A stretch of DNA of 52,200 nt, taken from a virus (lineage: Duplodnaviria; Caudoviricetes). Positions 34,112 through 42,688 of this stretch are shown here, piece by piece. Where the stretch lies: IMG/VR virus record IMGVR_UViG_3300024261_000044, positions 1 through 52,200 of that record; one strand, given 5' to 3'. Positions within the stretch are counted from its first letter, which is position 1, and every line of letters starts with the position of its first letter. Made by a program: the position numbers and the translations under genes. The notes below the pieces were generated by a model that was given only the letters and a program-made list of their open reading frames with translations, ran no database searches and was not told the origin of the DNA.

Positions 34112-35287
34112 ATGATTAAATTATTCGTAGGGATACCAACAATAAATCGAGCAGATCTTTTGCACGAGAGCTTAGATGATCTAGCTACGAATTTACCCGA
34201 TCTTTACCAACTATGTATAATTGATAACGGGGGACAAGATATATCAGTACCTAATAGTTTAAAAGACATTACAACAATAATACGTCCAAAACATAATTTG
34301 GGTGTCGCAGGCAGCTGGAACTTTTTAATTGACAAATTTTTTAATAGTAATGGGGACCATCTTCTTATATTAAATGATGACATTGTTTTAACTAAAACAT
34401 CGTCTGATTTAAAAAAGATCGTAGAGACACATAAAAATTATAGCGTAATCTATAGTAAGTTGGGTTGGTGCTCTTTTTTTATCTCTCAAAAAGCTATTGA
34501 TGCAGTAGGTTACTTTGACACTACTTTTTATCCGGCTTATTTTGAGGATAACGATTACATCTATAGACTTAAACTAAGTGGAGCTTTTCCCGTGATTGAT
34601 GAGGGGTGTAACCCTAGTATATACAGAGGGTCCATGACTATTCAAAAAGATCAATCATTGAATAGAGATTTTTATGCTCTAAGAGAACACTACAATAAGA
34701 AATGGGGTGGACCTCCGGGAGAAGAAACTTATGCATCTCCTTTTGGTGGAGTTAATAAAAGATTCCATGACTTATGTAATAGCCAATCAGACATAAATGA
34801 GCACCTTCAGACCCTTAAAAATCTTGCATCAGAAGTTAACCATGTAACAGAGTTTGGTGTCCGGCACGGAGTATCAACAATAGCGTTGATAATGGGTGAA
34901 CCAAGTATTTTAAGGTCCTATGACATAGATAAGAAGGATGATGATGCAAGTTCATTGATAATATATGCCAAGGAAAAGGGTATAGACTTTAAATTCGATG
35001 AAGAAGACACTTTGAAGTTAGAGATAGATAGGACAGAGCTCTTATTTATTGACACATGGCATGTATACCAACAATTGATAGCTGAATTAGAAACGCATCA
35101 TTCGAAAGTAAGTAAGTACATAGTAATGCATGATACAACTTCGTTTGAACTTACTGGCGAGGACGGGAAAAGTAAGGGTCTGTGGATAGCTGTTGAAGAA
35201 TTTATATCTCATCACAATGAGTGGTCTATCTTTAAGAGGTACACTAATAACAATGGTCTAACCATTCTTATAAAAAATGAAAGTTAA
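34112..35287 (+). CDS. GT2 glycosyltransferase fused to class I SAM methyltransferase
   Basis: IIDNG, NLGVAGSWN, LNDD, YFEDND (GT2); TEFGVRHGVST, LLFIDTWH, IVMHDT (methyltransferase). Confidence 0.8.
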   Translation: MIKLFVGIPTINRADLLHESLDDLATNLPDLYQLCIIDNGGQDISVPNSLKDITTIIRPKHNLGVAGSWNFLIDKFFNSNGDHLLILNDDIVLTKTSSDLKKIVETHKNYSVIYSKLGWCSFFISQKAIDAVGYFDTTFYPAYFEDNDYIYRLKLSGAFPVIDEGCNPSIYRGSMTIQKDQSLNRDFYALREHYNKKWGGPPGEETYASPFGGVNKRFHDLCNSQSDINEHLQTLKNLASEVNHVTEFGVRHGVSTIALIMGEPSILRSYDIDKKDDDASSLIIYAKEKGIDFKFDEEDTLKLEIDRTELLFIDTWHVYQQLIAELETHHSKVSKYIVMHDTTSFELTGEDGKSKGLWIAVEEFISHHNEWSIFKRYTNNNGLTILIKNES

Positions 35288-35753
35288 TGAACTAGAAAAA
35301 TCTGCTAATGCAGCAAATTGGAAGTATAGAAAGAAGAAGAAAGCACTTATACTGAAGGTACCTGTACCAATCCTTTACACGCGAAAGGGCTTAATTGCAC
35401 AAACTAGTACAGTAGACTACACAGGATTAGTTCCCCCTAACGGGAGATTTGTAGCATTTGATGCGAAAGAAACTCAGATAAAAACATCTTTTCCATTAAA
35501 AAACATAAAACAACACCAATTGATGTACTTAGAATTGGTGGAGGAGCTTGGAGGTTTAGCGTTCTTTCTCATACATTTTAAAAAAATGCATAAGCGTGCA
35601 TTTGTGACGCCTATATCACTGGTGTCTAAGTATTGGTATGGTGATGGAAGAAAGTCCATACCATATAATGATTTTAAAGACGAGTGGTTAGTGGAAGCTG
35701 ACGACTACTTAACATTACTAACCGATAAAGACACATGGATTTACGATTTATAG
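35277..35753 (+). CDS. recU: Holliday junction resolvase RecU
   Basis: LKVPVP, STVDYTG, FDAKET, NIKQHQ. Confidence 0.85.
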   Translation: MKVNELEKSANAANWKYRKKKKALILKVPVPILYTRKGLIAQTSTVDYTGLVPPNGRFVAFDAKETQIKTSFPLKNIKQHQLMYLELVEELGGLAFFLIHFKKMHKRAFVTPISLVSKYWYGDGRKSIPYNDFKDEWLVEADDYLTLLTDKDTWIYDL

Positions 35754-35962
35754 AAGAGATAGTTCAAAAGAAAAATGTGGTGCAGATAGTACATGACTCA
35801 CTAGTAGGTGGTGGGGTTGGACATATTGTATGTTACAATGAAACATTTGTCATGTTAAAGCCACACACTAATGAAGAAATAATAAAAGAATTTGGGGAAC
35901 CTACACCATATACTATATTGATACCCACTAAAAATATTAAATTAATAATGATTTTAACATAA
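35735..35962 (+). CDS. Hypothetical protein, possible Sm/Hfq-like fold
   Basis: 75 aa; G-x-I-x-x-(Y/F)-(N/D)-x-x-F-V-M-L...I-x-x-x-x-I pattern. Confidence 0.45.
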   Translation: MDLRFIEEIVQKKNVVQIVHDSLVGGGVGHIVCYNETFVMLKPHTNEEIIKEFGEPTPYTILIPTKNIKLIMILT

Positions 35963-35975
35963 CCAAAAGAAGAAA

Positions 35976-36377
35976 ATGACTGAATCAAAAATGATAGTAA
36001 AATATAAAAAATTACGGAGTTCAGTGAAAGGACCATCTATAGTACACGATAACTCTTCCGAGCTAGGTTTATTTGTAAGTGAAAAAATAGTCGTGGCAGG
36101 TCAAACAGTAAAAAAAATAAAAACAGGTATCTGTTTAGAGATACCAGATGGATACTTTGGCAAAATTTGGGATAGAAATAGTGTTGCTATAGAGCACACC
36201 TTATCGGTAAAAGCAGGTATTATAGACAGCTCTTTTAGGGGAGAGGTAACAGTAATAATGTCAAATACAGGAGCTTATCCTATAACATTATTACCTGGAG
36301 ACCCTATAGCACAAGTAACAATCTTAAAAACCCATGACTTTAAACTAGAGGAAGACGACTCTTTATCGGAGGATTAA
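35976..36377 (+). CDS. dut: Trimeric dUTPase-like protein, degenerate and lacking motif V
   Basis: IKTGICLEIPDGYFGKI, GIIDSSFRGEV, GDPIAQ. Confidence 0.75.
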   Translation: MTESKMIVKYKKLRSSVKGPSIVHDNSSELGLFVSEKIVVAGQTVKKIKTGICLEIPDGYFGKIWDRNSVAIEHTLSVKAGIIDSSFRGEVTVIMSNTGAYPITLLPGDPIAQVTILKTHDFKLEEDDSLSED

Positions 36378-36379
36378 GT

Positions 36380-39361
36380 ATGAGCAAATTTTCATTATCA
36401 GAAAATTTTATATCTAAGTATAAAAGAAAGAAACCACCTTTTGGGTTTAACGGTTTAGGAGAACTTGTATACTACAGAACCTATAGTAGAATAAAGGACG
36501 ACGGCAAAAATGAGCGATGGTGGGAAACAATAAAACGTGTTGTTGAGGGAACCTACAACATCCAAAAGGATTGGATTGAACAGCACAGGCTAGAATGGAA
36601 CCCACAGAAGTCACAATTTTCCGCACAAGAGATGTATGACCGCATGTTTCATATGAAAATATTGCCCCCAGGTAGAGGTTTATTTGCACAAGGGTCGGAC
36701 ATTATAAGTAAAAAGCGTTTGACGCCCGCCTTGTTCAATTGCTGTTTTGTCAGTACTGAAAATATAGCTAAGGACCCCTCTTACCCATTCATGTTTGCTA
36801 AAGATATGTTAATGCTTGGTGTGGGAATGGGGGTAGATCTAAAGGGGGCAGGTACCATAGATGTACGAGAACCGTCTAAAGAAGAAGAGATTTTTGTTAT
36901 ACCAGACACAAGAGAAGGGTGGGTTGAGTCACTAGGACTGGTCATTGGGGCCTATTTTGGTAAAAATAAAACTCCTATTATGGATTACTCATTAATTCGT
37001 CCTGCAGGCTCTCCTATTAAAACGTTTGGTGGGACTGCTTCAGGTAGCGCACCTTTAAAAGAATTTCATTCTGCAGTATGTAAAACATTAGATAAAAATG
37101 TCGGCAGTTTAATTACGCAAACCACTATAGCCGATATATTCAATCTTACGGGAAAAGTAGTTGTTGCGGGAAATACAAGAAGGTCAGCTATCTTAATAGC
37201 AGGTGATACTTCAGAAGAGTTTTTAAACTTAAAAAACTACGAAGTGAATCCCGGAAGAGTTGACTACGGTTGGTCATCTAATAATAGTGTAAATGCTACA
37301 CTAGGTATGGACTACAAAGATATAGCTGAGAGCATTCGTATTAATGGAGAGCCTGGGTTGTTGTGGTTAGAAAATGCACATAATAATAAGAGGATGGGAG
37401 ATACATCTAATGGATTACAAAAAGATGACAGAACACAAGCCACAAATCCATGTGGTGAGATATTCTTAGAGAGCGCAGAAAAATGCGTAGCAGGTGACAC
37501 TCGCTTACAATTAAAAAGCGGTAATGCAAAAATTAAAAACATTGTTGGTAAAGAAGTAGAGATATGGAACGGGGAAAATTGGTCCAAAGTTACACCTTTT
37601 AAAACTTCTACGTCGTCTAAGCTTTTAAGAATTACTATGACTGATGGGTCAGTTCTTGAAACGACGGACTACCATAGATTTAGTGCTTTACCCTCTGGCA
37701 GTGTTAAGTTTAAAACTGTAAAAGCCTCAGAGCTTAGAAAGGGTTACAGACTTCCTGATTTCACTTTAGGCGGTATTGAGGGGGAGTATTATCCTAATGC
37801 CTTTGAGTACGGTTTAATGGCAGGTGATGGTTGTGTTTATAAAGAAAACCCCATAGTAACTTTATGTGGAGATAAGGTTAAATTAAAGAATCTTAATGTA
37901 AAAGGAAAGTGGGGAAAGCCTCAAATAAAGAAAGAGTGTAAAGACCCCATAAACAGGCTATATTTAAAATCTGTTCTGGACGTTGATAAGTCCACTGATT
38001 TACGTAAAATGAAAGGGCTTCCTGATTTTGTTTTTACTATGGATAAGAAATCAATATTAGAGTTTACAGCAGGGTACATAGAGACTGATGGCACAGTTCT
38101 TAAAAATAAATATACTGAGCACTATGTTTTATATGGTAAGGAGCTACAAATGAAGGACATGCAAGTTCTTTTACGGCGTGTTGGAATTAATTACACTGCC
38201 GCATTTGAATGCTCCCCTAAAGGATTTAAAACAAATAAGGGAATTCGAAACTATGCTTTATGGGGGCTCAGAATTCACTCTCATGACTGTAAATCTATCC
38301 CCACGCGATTAAAAAAGATAAGAAATTTTGGCACTGGGTATTCAGAGAACAACGCATATAAAGATTCAAAGCCTGTAAGTAATAAAAAACACCAGTCTAT
38401 TAGATCTATTGAGGAGTTACCGGGTACCCATCCTACATTTTGTTTTTACGAGCCCCTTACGGGAATGGGTGTTTTTGGAAATTCTTTAACTTTTCAATGT
38501 AATTTATGTGAGGTCTTCCCTGACAAACATGAATCTAAAGAAGACTTTATAAAATCTTTAAAGTACGCTTATCTATACAGTAAAACTGTGACACTTTTAA
38601 ACACTCATTGGCCACAGACTAATGCAGTCATGCTAAGAAATAGGAGAGTAGGTACCAGTGTGAGTGGTATTGCGCAATTCTTAACAAACCAGAATTTACC
38701 TACTCTAAGAGAGTGGTTGAACGATGGGTATGATGCTTTAAAAGAGTATGATAAAATATACTCTAATTGGTTAGCTATACCCCGAAGTATACGAATAACA
38801 ACTAACAAACCAAGCGGAAGTATCAGTTTACTAAATGGTAGTACTCCTGGTATACATTACCCTGAGTCACGTTTTTATATAAGGCGTATGAGAATAGGTA
38901 ATCATAGTCAGCTGCTAAGCCCTTTAGAAAAAGCAGGTTACACAGTAGAGCCCGCAGTAGGGCAAGAAGAATCCACGTCAGTGGTAGAGATACCGGTAGA
39001 CGTCGGAAGCGGTATACGCCCACTAAATGAAGTGACGATGTGGGAGCAACTAGAATTAGCAGCTTTTATGTCAGAGAACTGGGCAGATAACGCGGTGTCA
39101 GTGACAGTAACATTTAACCCTGAAACTGAGGGCCACGACATTGAAAGGGCATTAGAGCACTATCAGTACAAACTAAAGTCGGTTTCCTTTCTTCCCCGTA
39201 CGAAGATTGGTGCATACGCTCAGATGCCATATGAATCAATAGACGAAGATACCTACAATAAAATGACGCAAAGTCTAAGTAAATTAAGCTTTGGAACCGT
39301 GAAGGATGAAGAAGCTAATGTAGAAAAATTTTGCAACAATGACACCTGTGAAATAATATAA
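36380..39361 (+). CDS. nrdJ: Class II (adenosylcobalamin-dependent, monomeric RTPR-type) ribonucleotide reductase with intein
   Basis: YYRTYSR, PPGRGL, ALFNC, AGNTRRSA, TNPCGEI, KPSGSISLL, C-terminal FCNNDTCEI. Confidence 0.92.
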   Translation: MSKFSLSENFISKYKRKKPPFGFNGLGELVYYRTYSRIKDDGKNERWWETIKRVVEGTYNIQKDWIEQHRLEWNPQKSQFSAQEMYDRMFHMKILPPGRGLFAQGSDIISKKRLTPALFNCCFVSTENIAKDPSYPFMFAKDMLMLGVGMGVDLKGAGTIDVREPSKEEEIFVIPDTREGWVESLGLVIGAYFGKNKTPIMDYSLIRPAGSPIKTFGGTASGSAPLKEFHSAVCKTLDKNVGSLITQTTIADIFNLTGKVVVAGNTRRSAILIAGDTSEEFLNLKNYEVNPGRVDYGWSSNNSVNATLGMDYKDIAESIRINGEPGLLWLENAHNNKRMGDTSNGLQKDDRTQATNPCGEIFLESAEKCVAGDTRLQLKSGNAKIKNIVGKEVEIWNGENWSKVTPFKTSTSSKLLRITMTDGSVLETTDYHRFSALPSGSVKFKTVKASELRKGYRLPDFTLGGIEGEYYPNAFEYGLMAGDGCVYKENPIVTLCGDKVKLKNLNVKGKWGKPQIKKECKDPINRLYLKSVLDVDKSTDLRKMKGLPDFVFTMDKKSILEFTAGYIETDGTVLKNKYTEHYVLYGKELQMKDMQVLLRRVGINYTAAFECSPKGFKTNKGIRNYALWGLRIHSHDCKSIPTRLKKIRNFGTGYSENNAYKDSKPVSNKKHQSIRSIEELPGTHPTFCFYEPLTGMGVFGNSLTFQCNLCEVFPDKHESKEDFIKSLKYAYLYSKTVTLLNTHWPQTNAVMLRNRRVGTSVSGIAQFLTNQNLPTLREWLNDGYDALKEYDKIYSNWLAIPRSIRITTNKPSGSISLLNGSTPGIHYPESRFYIRRMRIGNHSQLLSPLEKAGYTVEPAVGQEESTSVVEIPVDVGSGIRPLNEVTMWEQLELAAFMSENWADNAVSVTVTFNPETEGHDIERALEHYQYKLKSVSFLPRTKIGAYAQMPYESIDEDTYNKMTQSLSKLSFGTVKDEEANVEKFCNNDTCEII
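37484..38497 (+). mobile_element. Intein with LAGLIDADG homing endonuclease (338 aa)
   Basis: Begins CVAGDT after NPCGEIFLESAEK; block B LETTDYHRF; LAGLIDADG-like YGLMAGDG and AGYIETDG; ends GVFGNSLTFQ before CNLCE. Confidence 0.9.
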
Positions 39362-39365
39362 TATA

Positions 39366-39380
39366 TGGTATAAGAATAAT
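39366..39380 (+). promoter_or_regulatory. Repeated promoter-like motif TGGTATAAGAATAAT (copy 2)
   Basis: Identical to 23827-23841. Followed by a perfect 9-bp hairpin (39381-39403). Confidence 0.65.
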
Positions 39381-39404
39381 ATAGTAAGTATGCGACTTAC
39401 TATG

Positions 39405-39436
39405 AAATGGCCTATAAATTTTTATAGGCCATTTTT
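39405..39436 (+). terminator. Rho-independent terminator/attenuator
   Basis: aaatggcctataaa / tttataggccattt inverted repeat plus T tract. Confidence 0.75.
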
Positions 39437-39499
39437 GTTTATCAAACACACACTAATAATAGCAATAATAAGATAAACAATAAATCAAAAAGAAAACAT

Positions 39500-39895
39500 A
39501 TGAGTTTTTTAAATTTAAAAGTAGGAAGTCAACTAAGAAAAGTTACTGTTATAAACGCAGAAAAAGTGGAAGTAGACGTACGTGGTGAAACATCAGAAAA
39601 AATTAGGTTTTCTGTGTCCCAGCCAGATGGAAAAAGCTTCCAAATTTCAGACGTATGGACAGAAGACAATAAGGGAAATAAGAAAATTCAGGGGCTTTGG
39701 CTATCACTAAACCATGAAGGTAATATATCGCCAAACAGCTCCCTAGCTAAATTAATGAGGTATTACAAAATCTCAGATCTAAATGAATTAATTGGTAAAG
39801 AAGTAAATGTATACCCAGATAATGACAACTTTTTAGTTATGACATCATGTAAAATGGACGAAGAAAACTTGGAAAAATCTAGCTTATTTGAGTAA
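39500..39895 (+). CDS. Hypothetical protein, possible OB-fold/SSB-like
   Basis: Beta-rich, with 'SSLAKLM...DLNELIGKEVNV' and an acidic tail ending SLFE, like the DUF669 protein. Confidence 0.55.
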   Translation: MSFLNLKVGSQLRKVTVINAEKVEVDVRGETSEKIRFSVSQPDGKSFQISDVWTEDNKGNKKIQGLWLSLNHEGNISPNSSLAKLMRYYKISDLNELIGKEVNVYPDNDNFLVMTSCKMDEENLEKSSLFE

Positions 39896-39911
39896 AACCA
39901 AAGGAAACAAA

Positions 39912-41987
39912 ATGAATACAACACAACACTTACTACCCGCTATTAACGGGTTGTATGAACTAAATCTTACTGATAAAAATATAGAGGATATAAACTCTAA
40001 AGTAAGTAACTTACAGAACAAAACAATTGAGATGTTTAAGGGTGATGGGGATGAAAGTAAGGTAAGTACTGTTTTAAATGCCTTAAAATACCAGGTAAAG
40101 GGGTCATCAGTTATTGTGTCCTCCGGGTATGGATCAAGTGTTGATATACAAAAAACAACGCACAACTACTTTGTAGAAGATGGGCAATATAGACATTGGG
40201 GCGATAAGACAGAATTTTTTAAATTTTCTCCTTCGTACGGTACAGATATTTACTTTGAAAACATAAAAGACTCGGATTTTGAAGCTCTTTATGTGATATC
40301 ACATATTCTTACTAATACGTCCTTTCCTGATATTTTAAATAAAGTGTTTAAAAATGTAAGTGATTTTAGGGTAGAGTACGAACGTAACTTAAAAACTGCT
40401 TGGGACTCGACGCACATACCTGTGGAAAAAGAAGATATTGATAAACTATTAGGATCTTTTTTTAAAGGAGGAAAGTTAACAACAACTGCTCCGAGTGAAA
40501 AGACAACTAGACTTCTAAATAGTAACCCCAACCTATATTTCATAGCTCACGTATTGGAGCTAGATAATTTTAGAGGGTATGTTTCTTATTACTCTTCTAC
40601 GTACGGTTATGGTACGAGATATAACTCGTTCTTTAGACTTGTGCCTCACTCTGACCCGTCTTATGACTATGTAGACGTGGGTAGGGTATACTACTTGGGT
40701 TCTGGTACTCATTTACACTACTCAGGTAGAAATGAAAAAAGAATGGTACCTCTAGGTAATCTAATTTTTACTGATCCTGAGCCTACTTTGCCAAATAGGG
40801 TAGTATTAAGCAACTATCTTCTCGGGAAAAATGGTGATTATGTTGAATTTCTAGATAACAATTCTTTGAACATCCTTACTAAGAGAGAACTACAACGCTC
40901 TGCTAGAAAAGAAGCCAAGTCTAAAGCTAAAAACAAACTCCGAGAAAAAATAGAAAAGAGGTTACAGACTTTATTAACACCAGGAAAGTCCCTTAAACTG
41001 AATGGAGTTACCTACTCAGATGAAAAAATAGAGTACGAAGGACAAGTCTTAAGGTCAGATATACCAAACTTAACTTATAAAATCCTGAATACGCTATCTC
41101 GTGCATATAGTTTAGACGATGTAAACTTTGACCAAGCTTTGCCTATATTTTTATCATACGTCTCTGATTCAGAAGGAATCGGAAATGTAGGGGAGGTCTC
41201 ATTTAAAGTGGAGAAAAGAGTTAGTACCAATACCCTCGGTTTTACGGCCACAAGAATTTATGTAAATAATAAAAGAATAAATTCTGATGAGGTGGAGTCT
41301 GTACTAGAGAGGGGTTTGTGTTTTACTAACCAAGCAGACTTTGACTATTTTATAGCCTCTGTTAGTAAATGTTCCCTAAAAATACATACTTATCTTCAAG
41401 TAGGTGTTGATATAAATGTTCGTGATGAGTTTGATAATATCACGGTAGCTTTAAAGTTACCTCTGGAAAGAAGAAAGAATATAAACTACCTCGTGATAAA
41501 CGATGAGTCTTATAGAGTAAAAAATACTCAGAAAGTCATAGGATTATCTAGAAAAGGATCCATGATGGATGTGGTGAACACGCTTCTTGACGGTAAGTCT
41601 GTAGAGGGCGTGGAAGTTGACAGTATAAAAGGAATTATTTCTTCTGGTAAGAAAGCTTATGTAGATGCTATAGAGAAGAGTAAGGAACTTTTAACTGACA
41701 CAGAAAAAACATTCAACATCGAAGAAGAGACAGTTACCATGGGCGACGGTTCTTCTAAAACTGGGTACCTTATAAAAGGGTCTTTGAGAAAATACTTCAT
41801 AGACACTGGAGGTAAGGAACAAATAGATACTAACGATCCTCAATGTGGAGTATATTCTTTCCCGGAAGGAAGGTATATTTGTATTGTGGATAAGTCATCC
41901 AGCCAGGTAGGCATGGATAAATTAGTAAATAGAATATACGCACTTCACAACGACGCTTTGGTCGCAAGTGCTATTAACACATTATAA
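39912..41987 (+). CDS. Large hypothetical protein linked to the Ubl module (about 691 aa)
   Basis: ATG 39912 follows AAGGA and is preferred over TTG 39888. No recognisable family. C-terminal GRYICIVD...RIYALHND segment. Confidence 0.7.
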   Translation: MNTTQHLLPAINGLYELNLTDKNIEDINSKVSNLQNKTIEMFKGDGDESKVSTVLNALKYQVKGSSVIVSSGYGSSVDIQKTTHNYFVEDGQYRHWGDKTEFFKFSPSYGTDIYFENIKDSDFEALYVISHILTNTSFPDILNKVFKNVSDFRVEYERNLKTAWDSTHIPVEKEDIDKLLGSFFKGGKLTTTAPSEKTTRLLNSNPNLYFIAHVLELDNFRGYVSYYSSTYGYGTRYNSFFRLVPHSDPSYDYVDVGRVYYLGSGTHLHYSGRNEKRMVPLGNLIFTDPEPTLPNRVVLSNYLLGKNGDYVEFLDNNSLNILTKRELQRSARKEAKSKAKNKLREKIEKRLQTLLTPGKSLKLNGVTYSDEKIEYEGQVLRSDIPNLTYKILNTLSRAYSLDDVNFDQALPIFLSYVSDSEGIGNVGEVSFKVEKRVSTNTLGFTATRIYVNNKRINSDEVESVLERGLCFTNQADFDYFIASVSKCSLKIHTYLQVGVDINVRDEFDNITVALKLPLERRKNINYLVINDESYRVKNTQKVIGLSRKGSMMDVVNTLLDGKSVEGVEVDSIKGIISSGKKAYVDAIEKSKELLTDTEKTFNIEEETVTMGDGSSKTGYLIKGSLRKYFIDTGGKEQIDTNDPQCGVYSFPEGRYICIVDKSSSQVGMDKLVNRIYALHNDALVASAINTL

Positions 41988-42009
41988 CAAATAATCACGG
42001 TAAGAAAAT

Positions 42010-42258
42010 ATGAACGAAAACAAAAATAACATTTCAAGCGAGTTATCAGAGGTTACAATAAAAATTGTGTCAACTAATGGGCACGACGAGTGGTCTGGAA
42101 TACCTGTTGCAGCCCTAGAAAAGATAAAGTATGAATCAGAAACTACGGGCCGATGGGCTTATATTGACGGAAACCATAAAACACCTGACTCAATTACTTT
42201 AGAAGATGTGATAGATGCGGAAGAAATCATGATGGCTAACGCGTTAGTTGGTGGATAA
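42010..42258 (+). CDS. Ubiquitin-like (beta-grasp) protein ending in Gly-Gly
   Basis: 82 aa ending EIMMANALVGG-TAA; WAYIDG strand; directly upstream of JAB and E1. Confidence 0.8.
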   Translation: MNENKNNISSELSEVTIKIVSTNGHDEWSGIPVAALEKIKYESETTGRWAYIDGNHKTPDSITLEDVIDAEEIMMANALVGG

Positions 42259-42259
42259 G

Positions 42260-42688
42260 ATGAATTTTAGCATTTCAAGAGACATACTCTATGAGATGAC
42301 AAGTTATGCAAATAGTAGCCCCGACGAAATTGTTGGGGCTATGGTTGGCAAAAAACAAGGTAACTCATGGAAGTGTGAAGAGTTTATACCACTAACTAAT
42401 ATAAGTACAGAGAACAAAGAAGTACATTATGTACCGGACCCTAATGAATTTATGAGTATGTTAAGAAAAACTACTCATGTTTCTTCGAGCGCAGAAAGTG
42501 ACTTTTTAGGAATTATGCACTCTCACCCAAATAACCGGCCAATACCCTCTGTTACAGATGTTCAAGGAGCAGGTTACACGGGGGTATATATTATACACTC
42601 ACCTAAATTTAAGGAAACTAGGGCCTATTATTACGATGGTAATGAGTCTAACCGTAACTGGGACCCTATAGAACTGGAGACAAATTAA
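42260..42688 (+). CDS. JAB/MPN+ (Mov34) metallo-isopeptidase
   Basis: PDEIVG (catalytic Glu) and HSHPNNRPIPSVTD (HxH-x7-S-x2-D JAMM motif). Confidence 0.9.
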   Translation: MNFSISRDILYEMTSYANSSPDEIVGAMVGKKQGNSWKCEEFIPLTNISTENKEVHYVPDPNEFMSMLRKTTHVSSSAESDFLGIMHSHPNNRPIPSVTDVQGAGYTGVYIIHSPKFKETRAYYYDGNESNRNWDPIELETN

